Shown here piece by piece: positions 29,098 to 38,242 of a DNA stretch of 64,000 nt. The DNA is from Hydrurus foetidus (lineage: Eukaryota), in the NCBI GenBank assembly GCA_900617105.1, contig UYFQ01000005.1, positions 310,001 to 374,000 of the forward strand, given 5' to 3'. The notes beneath the pieces were generated by a model. That model was not told the DNA's origin, did not search any database, and was given only the letters and a program-made list of their open reading frames with translations. The first letter of the stretch is position 1, and every line of letters begins with the position of its first letter. The position numbers and the translations under genes were made by a program.

Positions 29098-30715
29098 TCT
29101 GCAAACTCAAACCCGCATGTTCACGCAGTGGATGGAAGTGAATCTTGGGGAACCGCTCTTGCGCCAGCCGCACGTCATACGGCGAGGTACACAGGTAGGC
29201 CAGCGTGTTGGCAGCGTCTTGCGCCATGCGCTGGGGGTAGGCGTGGACGAATTCGCGCAACTCTTGAGGGGAGTCAGCCGTGATCCAGCGTGCGCCGGTG
29301 TACTGGCAGCTCTCTAAGCGCACGTCGGCATCGTATTCGGCCTTCAGGCGGTGTTGCACCACTTCAAACTGCAACTGACCGACGGCACCCAAGAGCATCG
29401 CGCCGCCCATTTCGGGGCGGAACACCTGGATCGCACCCTCCTCGCCCAGCTGCGCCAAGCCTTGCTGGAGCTGCTTGGTGCGCAAGGGGTTGCGCAGCAG
29501 CACCGTCATGAACAGCTCGGGCGCAAAGAACGGCAGGCCGGTGAACTGCAAGGCGGCACCGTCGGTGATGGTGTCGCCCAACTGCACGCCGCCGTGGGTG
29601 GTGAAGCCGATGATGTCGCCCGCGAAGGCTTCTTCAACCGCTTCACGCCGCTGGCTCATGAAGGTGACAACGCTGGTGGGGCGCATTTCTTTGCCGGTGC
29701 GCTGTACGCGCAGCTTCAGACCAGGGGTGTATTTGCCCGAAGCCATGCGCACGAAAGCGATACGGTCGCGGTGGGCGGGGTCCATATTCGCCTGCACTTT
29801 GAACACCACGCCCGCAAAGGCGGTGTCTTCGGGCTGGATGGTTTTGGTGACGGGTTGGCGGTTGACCACGGTAGTGCTGATGCGCGGCTGGGGTGACGGG
29901 GCCAAGTCCACCAGGGCGTCAAGCACTTCCATCACACCGAAATTGTTCACGCCGGAGCCGAAGAACACGGGGGTTTGCTTGCCGGCCAAGAAGGCTTCGC
30001 GGTCGTAGCTGGGGGAAGCCCCGGCGGCGAGCTCCATGCTTTGCTCGGCGGTTTCAAATTCGTGGCCGAAGCGCTTGAGCAGCTCTTCGCGGTTACTCAG
30101 GGCGATGGTTTCAAACTCTTGAGGCAGGCGCTCTTTGCCAGAATCAAACACCGTCATGGTCTGCGTGCGCAGGTTCATGATGCCGCCAAAGGTTTTGCCC
30201 TGGCCCACAGGCCAGGTCATGGGTACGCAGGGCATGCCGAGTTCACGCTCGATCTCGTCCATGATGTCCAACGGCTCGCGCACTTCACGGTCCATCTTGT
30301 TGACGAAGGTGATGATGGGCGTGTCGCGCTGGCGGCAAACTTCGATCAGGCGGCGGGTTTGGGCTTCCACGCCGTTGGCCGCGTCAATCACCATCAGCGC
30401 CGAATCCACAGCGGTCAGCACGCGGTAGGTGTCTTCGCTGAAATCTTTGTGGCCGGGGGTGTCGAGCAGGTTGATGACGTGCTCACGGTAGAGCATCTGC
30501 ATGACCGAGCTGGCAACCGAGATGCCGCGCTGCTTTTCGATCTCCATCCAGTCACTGGTGGCATGGCGCGTGGCTTTGCGGGCCTTGACAGAGCCTGCAA
30601 TCTGGATCGCACCCGAGAACAGCAGCAGCTTTTCCGTCAGCGTGGTTTTGCCCGCATCCGGGTGGGAAATGATCGCAAAGGTGCGGCGGCGGCGGGTTTC
30701 ATCGAGGTAGTTCAC
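29087..30715 (-). CDS. prfC: Peptide chain release factor 3
   Basis: RRRTFAIISHPDAGKTTLTEKLLL, DTPGH, NKMD. Confidence 0.98.
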   Translation of the reverse strand: MNYLDETRRRRTFAIISHPDAGKTTLTEKLLLFSGAIQIAGSVKARKATRHATSDWMEIEKQRGISVASSVMQMLYREHVINLLDTPGHKDFSEDTYRVLTAVDSALMVIDAANGVEAQTRRLIEVCRQRDTPIITFVNKMDREVREPLDIMDEIERELGMPCVPMTWPVGQGKTFGGIMNLRTQTMTVFDSGKERLPQEFETIALSNREELLKRFGHEFETAEQSMELAAGASPSYDREAFLAGKQTPVFFGSGVNNFGVMEVLDALVDLAPSPQPRISTTVVNRQPVTKTIQPEDTAFAGVVFKVQANMDPAHRDRIAFVRMASGKYTPGLKLRVQRTGKEMRPTSVVTFMSQRREAVEEAFAGDIIGFTTHGGVQLGDTITDGAALQFTGLPFFAPELFMTVLLRNPLRTKQLQQGLAQLGEEGAIQVFRPEMGGAMLLGAVGQLQFEVVQHRLKAEYDADVRLESCQYTGARWITADSPQELREFVHAYPQRMAQDAANTLAYLCTSPYDVRLAQERFPKIHFHPLREHAGLSLQSAG

Positions 30716-30755
30716 GGGGCAAAATTTCTCTGGCTTGATGTAATATATTCTAATA

Positions 30756-30783
30756 TGTTCACGTTATTTCACACCAGTGAACA
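30756..30783. promoter_or_regulatory. Inverted repeat, probable vapBC operator
   Basis: TGTTCAC-N14-GTGAACA with inner TTCAC-acca-GTGAA, directly upstream of the antitoxin. Confidence 0.45.
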
Positions 30784-30800
30784 CGTCAATGAGGCGCTTT

Positions 30801-31082
30801 ATGAACTTCAGCATCCACTTACCTCAACCCTTGTTGCTCAATTTAGACCAGTTCGCGAAAGCCCATAACACCAGCCGCAGCAGCGTGGTGCGCGAAGCCG
30901 TACAGGCGTATTTGGTCAAAGAAACGAAGAGCGAATGGCCGGCTGATTTGGTCGCCTGGATGAAAACGCCACCCGATGCCTCAGACACAGAGGATTGGCC
31001 TGATTTTGATGCGATTCGCAAAGAATCCAATGAAAGCTACCAAGCTCAATCCGATGCGATTCAAAAGGAAATTTTCCAATAG
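30801..31082 (+). CDS. Ribbon-helix-helix (CopG/VapB-like) antitoxin
   Basis: MNFSIHLP...SRSSVVREAVQAYL RHH pattern; acidic tail; 2 bp before the PIN gene. Confidence 0.8.
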   Translation: MNFSIHLPQPLLLNLDQFAKAHNTSRSSVVREAVQAYLVKETKSEWPADLVAWMKTPPDASDTEDWPDFDAIRKESNESYQAQSDAIQKEIFQ

Positions 31083-31084
31083 CC

Positions 31085-31477
31085 ATGAAGTACCTGCTTG
31101 ACACCAACGCCGTCACAGCCTGGGTAAAAAAAGAACCCACGTTCATCACCCGCTTGCAAGCCACGCCCCCAGCAGATTTGGGCATCAGCGTCATCACTGA
31201 GCATGAAATTAGATTCGGTATCGCCTCCAACCCTGGCTTGCGGCTGCGTACGGTGCTGGAGCGGCTGCTCGAAACGCTCCCCAGAGCACCAGTGGATTCA
31301 CAGACTGCGGCCTGTGCCGCAATGTTGCGCGCCGATTTGCGCCGCCGTGGTGCCCCTATTGGACATTACGATCTGTTGATCGCCGCCACCGGCTTAGCCC
31401 ACAACTTGACCGTGATTACCCACAACACTCGCGAGTTCAACCGTGTGCCCGGTTTGCAGGTTGAAGATTGGCAGTAA
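31085..31477 (+). CDS. vapC: PIN-domain toxin VapC
   Basis: MKYLLDTN, E..FG, YDLLIAA, THNTREFNRVPGL. Confidence 0.92.
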   Translation: MKYLLDTNAVTAWVKKEPTFITRLQATPPADLGISVITEHEIRFGIASNPGLRLRTVLERLLETLPRAPVDSQTAACAAMLRADLRRRGAPIGHYDLLIAATGLAHNLTVITHNTREFNRVPGLQVEDWQ

Positions 31478-31483
31478 AATCTA

Positions 31484-31572
31484 CGCTGCTTTCGAGGAGC
31501 GTTGCAGTTCACTCCCCGTGAATGAGGCTCGAAGCGGCGGATGCCTCCATCCGCGTTATCAACGGCGCTCAC
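31484..31572 (+). ncRNA. SAH riboswitch
   Basis: CGAGGAGCGTTGC...AGGCTCG...CAACGGCGCTC core upstream of ahcY. Confidence 0.9.
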
Positions 31573-31682
31573 CCACGATGCTTGTGCGGTGAGGCCTGCT
31601 TGTTTTATGCTTCCCTCTGCGCTCACCTGCCCCAAGCGGCGTGGTCATTCAAAGTTATTCCCTTTTAATTTTTGGAACCACC

Positions 31683-33152
31683 ATGAACGCTGCCGTTAAA
31701 ACCAAACAACTCGTCAACACCGACTGCGCCATCGCCGATTTGGCGCTGGCCGCTTGGGGACGCAAAGAAATTGCCATCGCCGAGACCGAAATGCCCGGCC
31801 TGATGGCCATCCGTGAAGAGTTCGCCAAAGCACAACCGCTGAAAGGTGCTCGCATCACCGGCAGCCTGCACATGACGATCCAGACCGCTGTGCTGATCGA
31901 AACCCTGCAAGCACTGGGTGCGCAAGTGCGCTGGGCATCGTGCAACATTTTTTCGACACAAGACCACGCAGCAGCCGCGATTGCCGCGTCGGGTACCCCG
32001 GTGTTCGCCATCAAAGGCGAAACGCTTGCTGATTACTGGGATTACACCCACCGCATTTTTGAATTCAACGAGATCGCTGGCCCCACCAAAGGCAGCAAAT
32101 CTGACGGCCCGAACATGATTTTGGACGACGGCGGCGACGCGACGCTGCTGATGCATCTGGGTGCCCGCGCAGAAAAGGACATTAAAGTCTTGGGCAAAGC
32201 TGGCAGCGACGAAGAAAAAATCTTGCACGCCGCCATCAAAGCCAAACTGAAAGTTGACCCCACTTGGTACAGCCGCCGCCTGAAAAACATCATCGGCGTG
32301 ACCGAAGAAACCACCACGGGTGTGCTGCGTTTGAACGAAATGTCGGCCAACGGCACGCTGGCCCTGCGCGCCATCAACGTGAACGATTCCGTCACCAAAA
32401 GCAAGTTTGACAACCTCTACGGCTGCCGCGAATCGCTGGTGGATGGCATCAAACGCGCCACCGACGTGATGATCGCAGGCAAAGTGGCGCTGGTCGCCGG
32501 TTACGGTGACGTGGGCAAAGGCTGCGCACAAGCCCTGCTGGCCCTGCGTGCCCAAGTCTGGGTGACAGAGATCGACCCGATCAACGCCCTGCAAGCGGCG
32601 ATGGAAGGCTTCAAAGTGGTGACGATGGAATACGCCGCTGACAAGGCCGATATTTTTGTGTCCGCCACGGGCAACAAAAACGTCATCACGCACGACCACA
32701 TGGTCGCGATGAAAGACCAGGCCATCGTGTGCAACATCGGTCACTTTGACAATGAAATCGACGTGGCTTCGATCGAAAAATACAAGTGGGAAGAAATCAA
32801 GCCCCAGGTTGACCATGTGATTTTCCCGAAAGTAGGCAAAAAGCCTGCCAAGCGCATCATCTTGCTTGCCAAGGGCCGTTTGGTGAACTTGGGCTGCGGC
32901 ACAGGTCACCCCAGCTTTGTGATGTCGTCGAGCTTTGCGAACCAGACGATTGCGCAAATCGAGCTGTTCACTAAGAGCAAAGAGTACAAAGTCGGTCAGG
33001 TCTACGTGTTGCCCAAGCATTTGGACGAGAAAGTCGCCCGCCTGCACCTGGCCAAAGTCGGCGCCATGCTGAGCGAATTGACCCAAGAGCAAGCCGATTA
33101 CATTGGCGTGAGCAAGAGCGGCCCGTACAAAGCGGCAGCGTACCGCTATTGA
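31683..33152 (+). CDS. ahcY: Adenosylhomocysteinase
   Basis: [33 protein letters not shown]. Confidence 0.98.
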   Translation: MNAAVKTKQLVNTDCAIADLALAAWGRKEIAIAETEMPGLMAIREEFAKAQPLKGARITGSLHMTIQTAVLIETLQALGAQVRWASCNIFSTQDHAAAAIAASGTPVFAIKGETLADYWDYTHRIFEFNEIAGPTKGSKSDGPNMILDDGGDATLLMHLGARAEKDIKVLGKAGSDEEKILHAAIKAKLKVDPTWYSRRLKNIIGVTEETTTGVLRLNEMSANGTLALRAINVNDSVTKSKFDNLYGCRESLVDGIKRATDVMIAGKVALVAGYGDVGKGCAQALLALRAQVWVTEIDPINALQAAMEGFKVVTMEYAADKADIFVSATGNKNVITHDHMVAMKDQAIVCNIGHFDNEIDVASIEKYKWEEIKPQVDHVIFPKVGKKPAKRIILLAKGRLVNLGCGTGHPSFVMSSSFANQTIAQIELFTKSKEYKVGQVYVLPKHLDEKVARLHLAKVGAMLSELTQEQADYIGVSKSGPYKAAAYRY

Positions 33153-33166
33153 TGGTCTGAAAACTC

Positions 33167-33212
33167 GCTTTAAAAACGGACTTAGTACCCGGTACTAAGT
33201 CCGCTTTTAAGC
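33167..33212. repeat. Long inverted repeat between ahcY and metF
   Basis: CGGACTTAGTACC-C-GGTACTAAGTCCG perfect 13-bp arms with imperfect extension. Confidence 0.75.
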
Positions 33213-33292
33213 TGGCATCAACCGCCCTGTGCGTCTGCACGGGGCTGGGGTGGGGGTGGTCTGCTACGCTCCACCTCGCACAAAACACCCCT

Positions 33293-34135
33293 ATGAAAAC
33301 CCCCATCAGTTTCGAGTTTTTCCCTCCTAAAACCCCTGAAGGCACAGCCAAGCTGCGCACGGTGCGTCAAGCCCTGTACACGCTCAAGCCCGAGTTCTGC
33401 TCGGTGACTTACGGTGCGGGCGGCTCTACGCAAGAAGGCACGTTTACCGCTGTGCAAGAAATTTTGGGCGAAGGCGTGACAGCCGCGAGCCATTTTTCAT
33501 GCGTTGGCGCGACCAAAACCCGTGTGCGCGAGCAGCTGCACCAGCTCAAAGCCATGGGCGTGAAGCGGCTGGTGGCCTTGCGCGGCGACCTGCCCAGCGG
33601 CTACGGCAGCCCTGGCGAAATTCAGTATTCCAGCGATTTGGTGGCGTTCATCCGCGCCGAGACGGGCGACCACTTCCGCATTGAGGTGGCGTGCTACCCG
33701 GAAGTCCACCCCCAAGCCAAATCCCCTGATGCCGATTTGCAAGCTTACGTGGCGAAAGTGCAAGCGGGCGCAGATTCAGCCATCACGCAGATGTTTTTCA
33801 ACAGCGATGCGTACTTTCGCTTTGTGGACGACGCGCACAAGCTGGGCATGACCATTCCCGTGGTGCCCGGCATCATGCCCATCACCAACAGCAGCGGACT
33901 GCTGCGCTTTGCCGACAGCTGTGGCGCTGAAATCCCCCGCTGGATTCGCCTGCGCTTGCAAGCTTTTGGCGACGATACCGAATCCATCAAAGCATTTGGC
34001 TTGGACGTGGTGACGGATTTGTGCGAGCAGTTGCGCCAAGGCGGCGCACCGGGTCTGCATTTTTACACGATGAACCAAAGTGCAGCTACGCTATCACTTT
34101 GCGAGCGACTATCGCTTATATCAGCTGCACGATAG
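33293..34135 (+). CDS. metF: Methylenetetrahydrofolate reductase
   Basis: SFEFFPPKT, VTYGAGG, ALRGD, ITQMFF, LHFYTMN. Confidence 0.97.
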   Translation: MKTPISFEFFPPKTPEGTAKLRTVRQALYTLKPEFCSVTYGAGGSTQEGTFTAVQEILGEGVTAASHFSCVGATKTRVREQLHQLKAMGVKRLVALRGDLPSGYGSPGEIQYSSDLVAFIRAETGDHFRIEVACYPEVHPQAKSPDADLQAYVAKVQAGADSAITQMFFNSDAYFRFVDDAHKLGMTIPVVPGIMPITNSSGLLRFADSCGAEIPRWIRLRLQAFGDDTESIKAFGLDVVTDLCEQLRQGGAPGLHFYTMNQSAATLSLCERLSLISAAR

Positions 34136-34150
34136 TGCTTTTACATGAGA
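34090..34150 (+). repeat. Palindromic repeat copy forming the 3' end of metF
   Basis: gctat-cactttg-cgagc gacta tcgc N11 gcac. Confidence 0.5.
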
Positions 34151-34157
34151 AATAAGT

Positions 34158-34787
34158 TTGCTTAAAGACGGTCAAAAATGGACGCTGGCACTGCTGTGCT
34201 TACTGGGGGCATGGGGTATGCCGAGCCACTCCGCCGAGGTGGATGCAGAGATTGACAGCGAAGTGCCGGTGTCTGCGCCCCCCCCCAACAGCTCGCCCAC
34301 GCTGTTCGCACTGCCGGTGCCCTCTTCCCAGCCCTGCCCCAGCCAACCTAATCCGCTAGAGCCTTGCACCGACGCGCAAGAAATTGAGCGTGGCCGCGCG
34401 TCCTGGTATGGCCCCGGCTTTCACGGCAAGCGCACGGCAAACGGCGAGCGGTTTGACATGTATGCGCTGACAGCGGCACACAAAACCCTGCCTTTTGGCA
34501 CGCACATTCGGGTACGCAGCTTGCGCAATGGCAATGAGGTGGATGTCAGAGTCAACGACCGTGGCCCCTTCACACCCGGCAAGATGATTGACCTGAGCCG
34601 TGCCGCTGCCGAGGCGATTGGGTTGGTGGATTTTGGCGTGAAAGATGTAGTGATTTCAATCGTGAACCCCGCTGAAGCAGCCAGTGCTAAAGCGCTCGTC
34701 ATACAGCCACGCACCGCAAACCATCGACCGCAACGCCCTCAACGGCACCCTCCGCCCAAAGTGGCGGTAAAGCCCAAAAACCGTTAA
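34158..34787 (+). CDS. RlpA family septal lytic transglycosylase (DPBB domain)
   Basis: GRASWYG..TANGERFD..TAAHKTLPFGT..VNDRGPF..IDLS; start uncertain. Confidence 0.85.
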   Translation: MLKDGQKWTLALLCLLGAWGMPSHSAEVDAEIDSEVPVSAPPPNSSPTLFALPVPSSQPCPSQPNPLEPCTDAQEIERGRASWYGPGFHGKRTANGERFDMYALTAAHKTLPFGTHIRVRSLRNGNEVDVRVNDRGPFTPGKMIDLSRAAAEAIGLVDFGVKDVVISIVNPAEAASAKALVIQPRTANHRPQRPQRHPPPKVAVKPKNR

Positions 34788-35728
34788 CCGCCCGAATCGG
34801 CCGTCCAGCCCTTGCCGCGACCACGACCGAGCACCGTCAACATCTGAGGCAAGGCCGCCTGCATGGCTGCTTTCAAGGTGTGGGGTGGGTTGATGATGAA
34901 CATGCCGCTGGCCGTCAAACCAGGGCGCGGCGCGCGTTCACCGGGCACCGTCACCTCGTCCATCTCTGGGCCTTGGCCAATGTTCAAGGTGGTGTGCAGC
35001 CAAGGCTTGCCCGCTTGGGTTGCCAGGGTTTTGAGGCGTCGTGGCAAATCATGCGCCTCGGGCCGAGGGATCACCGGGTACCACACGGCGTAAGTGCCGG
35101 TGGGGAAGCGCTTCAGGCAATCTTGGATGCTGGTGCTGACGCGGGCGTAATCGGTTTTGACCTCGTAGCTGGGGTCCATCAAAACCAAAGCCCGGCGGGA
35201 ACCGGTGGCTGAAACGGGTGGGGGCAGGTACGACTTCAGGCCTTCAAAACCGTCTTTGCATTCCACGGCCACTTGCCGACCGGCTTTGAGCTGGGCGATG
35301 TTGCCCTCCAACGCTTTGTGGTCGGTGGGGTGCAGCTCAAACAGTTTGAGCTTGTCACGGGCCACCTCACGCAGCAGACTTTGGGTTACAAACGGCGAAC
35401 CGGGGTAGACCCTGAGTTGACCGCCAGCGTTAAAACTGGCGATCAGATCAATGTAATCTTGCAGCTTATCCGCTATATTTTCAATAGCTGGCTTCGCTGA
35501 ACCTGCGGGTGCAAGCGCCGAAAAAAGCTTGGCAACGCCGTCGGTGGCTTCGGCACCGGTAGTGGAGTAATCCCCGTCAAGACGGTACAGGCCCGCCCCG
35601 GCGTGGGTGTCCACCACGGTCAAGGCCGCGTCTTTTTCGGTGAGGTGTTTGAGAATGGCAATCAGCACTGTGTGCTTGAGCACATCAGCGTGGTTGCCTG
35701 CATGAAAGGCGTGGCGGTAACTGAACAT
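34784..35728 (-). CDS. rlmJ: 23S rRNA m6A2030 methyltransferase
   Basis: MFSYRHAFHAGNHADVLKH, DTHAGAG, YPGSP, DPSYE. Confidence 0.95.
   Translation of the reverse strand: MFSYRHAFHAGNHADVLKHTVLIAILKHLTEKDAALTVVDTHAGAGLYRLDGDYSTTGAEATDGVAKLFSALAPAGSAKPAIENIADKLQDYIDLIASFNAGGQLRVYPGSPFVTQSLLREVARDKLKLFELHPTDHKALEGNIAQLKAGRQVAVECKDGFEGLKSYLPPPVSATGSRRALVLMDPSYEVKTDYARVSTSIQDCLKRFPTGTYAVWYPVIPRPEAHDLPRRLKTLATQAGKPWLHTTLNIGQGPEMDEVTVPGERAPRPGLTASGMFIINPPHTLKAAMQAALPQMLTVLGRGRGKGWTADSGG
35472..35531 (+). repeat. Palindromic repeat copy inside rlmJ
   Basis: gctat-attttca-atagc tggct tcgc N11 gtgc aagcgcc aaaaaagctt. Confidence 0.7.
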
Positions 35729-35750
35729 AGTGCGAACATATTAATCGAAA

Positions 35751-35778
35751 TAGACGAATCCGCAATTATTTGTATAAT
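35751..35778 (+). promoter_or_regulatory. Sigma70 promoter of rplM-rpsI
   Basis: TAGACG-16 bp-TATAAT. Confidence 0.65.
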
Positions 35779-35939
35779 GGAAGGCTTCGCAGCGCTTTTG
35801 TGGCTCCGCGACGAAGACGCAAAAGCGGTGGCATTCGTGCCTCCCCGCCCAAAGCAAACCCCTACCTAAGAGACTCCCATCAGAGGAGAACCGACCGTAG
35901 AAAAGAGCCCACCAAACCTTCTTTTCAAAGAGAAAACTC

Positions 35940-36368
35940 ATGTCAACTTTCAGCGCAAAACCCGCTGACGTAGTGCACGAGTGGTTTGTGGTTGACGCGA
36001 CCGATAAGGTCCTCGGACGAGTAGCCAGCGAAGTTGCTCTCCGTTTGCGCGGCAAACACAAGGCCATTTATACGCCTCACGTCGATACCGGTGATTTCAT
36101 CGTCATCATCAACGCAGCCCAGCTGCGCGTCACGGGCGCCAAGTCCACTGACAAAATTTACTACAGCCACTCGGGCTACCCCGGTGGTATTTCCGCCATC
36201 ACGTTCCGTGACATGCAAGCCAAGCATCCTGGTCGTGCTTTGGAAAAAGCCGTCAAGGGCATGTTGCCAAAAGGCCCCTTGGGCTACGCGATGATTAAGA
36301 AGCTCAAGGTGTATGGTGGTGCTGTGCACCCGCACACTGCCCAGCAGCCCAAAGTGTTGGACCTCTAA
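35940..36368 (+). CDS. rplM: 50S ribosomal protein L13
   Basis: [17 protein letters not shown]. Confidence 0.99.
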   Translation: MSTFSAKPADVVHEWFVVDATDKVLGRVASEVALRLRGKHKAIYTPHVDTGDFIVIINAAQLRVTGAKSTDKIYYSHSGYPGGISAITFRDMQAKHPGRALEKAVKGMLPKGPLGYAMIKKLKVYGGAVHPHTAQQPKVLDL

Positions 36369-36380
36369 GGAGAGCTTGAA

Positions 36381-36773
36381 ATGATTGGTGAATGGAACAA
36401 TGGCACAGGCCGTCGCAAATCCAGCGTCGCCCGCGTGTTTCTGAAAAAAGGCACAGGCAAGGTCACAGTTAACGACAAGGACATTCAAGCGTTCTTCGGT
36501 CGTGCAACCTCGATCATGATCTGCAAACAACCCCTGTTCTTGACGAACCATGTCGAAACTTTCGACATCATGATCAATGTGCATGGTGGTGGTGAATCCG
36601 GTCAAGCCGGTGCAGTGCGCCACGGTATCACCCGCGCCCTGATCGACTACGACGCAACACTCAAGCCCGCGCTGTCGCAAGCCGGGTTTGTCACCCGCGA
36701 TGCGCGTGAAGTGGAACGTAAGAAGGTCGGCTTACACGGTGCTCGCCGTCGCAAGCAGTTCTCCAAGCGTTAA
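36381..36773 (+). CDS. rpsI: 30S ribosomal protein S9
   Basis: [13 protein letters not shown]-terminal QFSKR. Confidence 0.99.
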   Translation: MIGEWNNGTGRRKSSVARVFLKKGTGKVTVNDKDIQAFFGRATSIMICKQPLFLTNHVETFDIMINVHGGGESGQAGAVRHGITRALIDYDATLKPALSQAGFVTRDAREVERKKVGLHGARRRKQFSKR

Positions 36774-36806
36774 GCTTTTGTTTTGGTCACTTGCTGTGGC
36801 CAAGGC

Positions 36807-36840
36807 GACAAAGACCGTCCTTGTGGCGGTTTTTGTCTTT
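36807..36840 (+). terminator. Terminator after rpsI
   Basis: GACAAAGACCGTC-cttgt-GGCGGTTTTTGTC hairpin with T-run. Confidence 0.7.
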
Positions 36841-36887
36841 ATGGCTTTTGCAATTTGGTTTTGAATTTTAAAAATTTAGATTGATCC

Positions 36888-37298
36888 ATGCGCTTTAGAC
36901 TGCTCCGCCGCCGCCTGACCATCAGCGCCCCACGCATGGCGATCCGCAGTGCCCTGCCCTGGCCGTTTCGTTGGGCCATGATCGCTATCGTGCTGGGTTT
37001 TTGTGGCGCCATTGGCCTGTGGGCGTTTGAGTTTGGCAAAAACATTGCCGGGGTAGAAGGCAACGCCAAAGCCGAGCTGCTGAAACTCCGCGCTGAGGTG
37101 CTGATGCTGCGCACCGAGCGCAATCAGGCTAAGCTTGTAGCTAACACCTCGGAAAGCCTGCTGACGACCGAAAAAGCCACCCAAGCAGGCCTAGCCGTCC
37201 AAGTGCGTAAACTCGAAGCTGAGAACCAAGCCTTACGCGACGATATGGCGCTATTCCAAACCCTGATGCCCTTGGCCAGCAAAACAGCGAAGCATTAA
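36888..37298 (+). CDS. Membrane-anchored coiled-coil protein (DUF6776-like), possibly C-terminally shortened
   Basis: One TM followed by coiled coil; upstream of bactofilin. Confidence 0.6.
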   Translation: MRFRLLRRRLTISAPRMAIRSALPWPFRWAMIAIVLGFCGAIGLWAFEFGKNIAGVEGNAKAELLKLRAEVLMLRTERNQAKLVANTSESLLTTEKATQAGLAVQVRKLEAENQALRDDMALFQTLMPLASKTAKH

Positions 37299-37332
37299 GA
37301 CCTGCACACCCTCAGTAGACCTCAAGCCCACC

Positions 37333-37728
37333 ATGTTCAACAGCAAAAAACAACCGCCCATCAAAAGTCTGATTGCCCACGGCACGCAGATCACTGGAAA
37401 CGTGCATTTCACCGAGGGCTTGCGGGTGGACGGCGAGGTCACAGGCAATCTGATCGCCAATGAAGGCCATACCAGCATCTTGGTGATTTCAGAGACGGCC
37501 AAGGTGATGGGTGAAATTCAGGCCGATCACGTCATCATCAACGGCAAAATTGTCGGCCCCATCCATGCCCACGAGCTCTTGGAATTGCAGCCCAAGGCCC
37601 AAATTGAAGGTGACGTGCATTACAAAGCGCTGGAAATGCACCAGGGTGCCACCATCGCAGGCCTGCTGAGGCCGATGCTGCTGGGGGAAGAAAAACCTGT
37701 GCTTACCTTGGCCGCCAGCAACGGCTAA
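37333..37728 (+). CDS. Bactofilin (polymer-forming cytoskeletal protein)
   Basis: SLIAHGTQITGNV..LRVDGEVTG..IEGDVHY beta-helix repeats. Confidence 0.9.
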   Translation: MFNSKKQPPIKSLIAHGTQITGNVHFTEGLRVDGEVTGNLIANEGHTSILVISETAKVMGEIQADHVIINGKIVGPIHAHELLELQPKAQIEGDVHYKALEMHQGATIAGLLRPMLLGEEKPVLTLAASNG

Positions 37729-37834
37729 CCCCATACCCATGCCACCCAGCATCTCGAATACCCCCTGCCCGCCTATTCCCGACAAAATTACTGTAGTATT
37801 CGCTGCTAGAAACCTGATTTGACCGGAGTTCCCC

Positions 37835-38200
37835 ATGAGTGCCGTAGCTGAAAATATCCATACTGACATCCCCGTACCCATCGTTTTCACCGACAGTGCC
37901 GCCGCCAAAGTGGCTGACCTGATCGCTGAAGAAGGCAACCCTGATTTGAAGCTGCGCGTCTTCGTGCAAGGTGGCGGCTGCTCTGGCTTCCAGTACGGCT
38001 TCACCTTCGACGAAATCACCAACGAAGACGACACCACAATGACCAAGCATGGTGTGTCGCTGCTGATTGACGCAATGAGCTACCAGTATCTGGTGGGTGC
38101 CGAGATCGACTACAAAGAAGACCTGCAAGGTGCGCAGTTCGTGATTAAAAACCCGAACGCCACATCGACTTGCGGTTGTGGATCGAGCTTTTCGACCTGA
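37835..38200 (+). CDS. erpA: Iron-sulfur cluster insertion protein ErpA
   Basis: [19 protein letters not shown]. Confidence 0.95.
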   Translation: MSAVAENIHTDIPVPIVFTDSAAAKVADLIAEEGNPDLKLRVFVQGGGCSGFQYGFTFDEITNEDDTTMTKHGVSLLIDAMSYQYLVGAEIDYKEDLQGAQFVIKNPNATSTCGCGSSFST

Positions 38201-38242
38201 TTGCAGCGGCTTCGCACCAAGCGAAGCCGTGACACGAAGGTC

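Noticed and set aside
31665..33092. 475-aa antisense ORF over ahcY (and similar shadow ORFs over prfC, livH, M23, rsmB)
   Set aside because: Expected by-product of codon bias in GC-rich genes; no motifs or RBS
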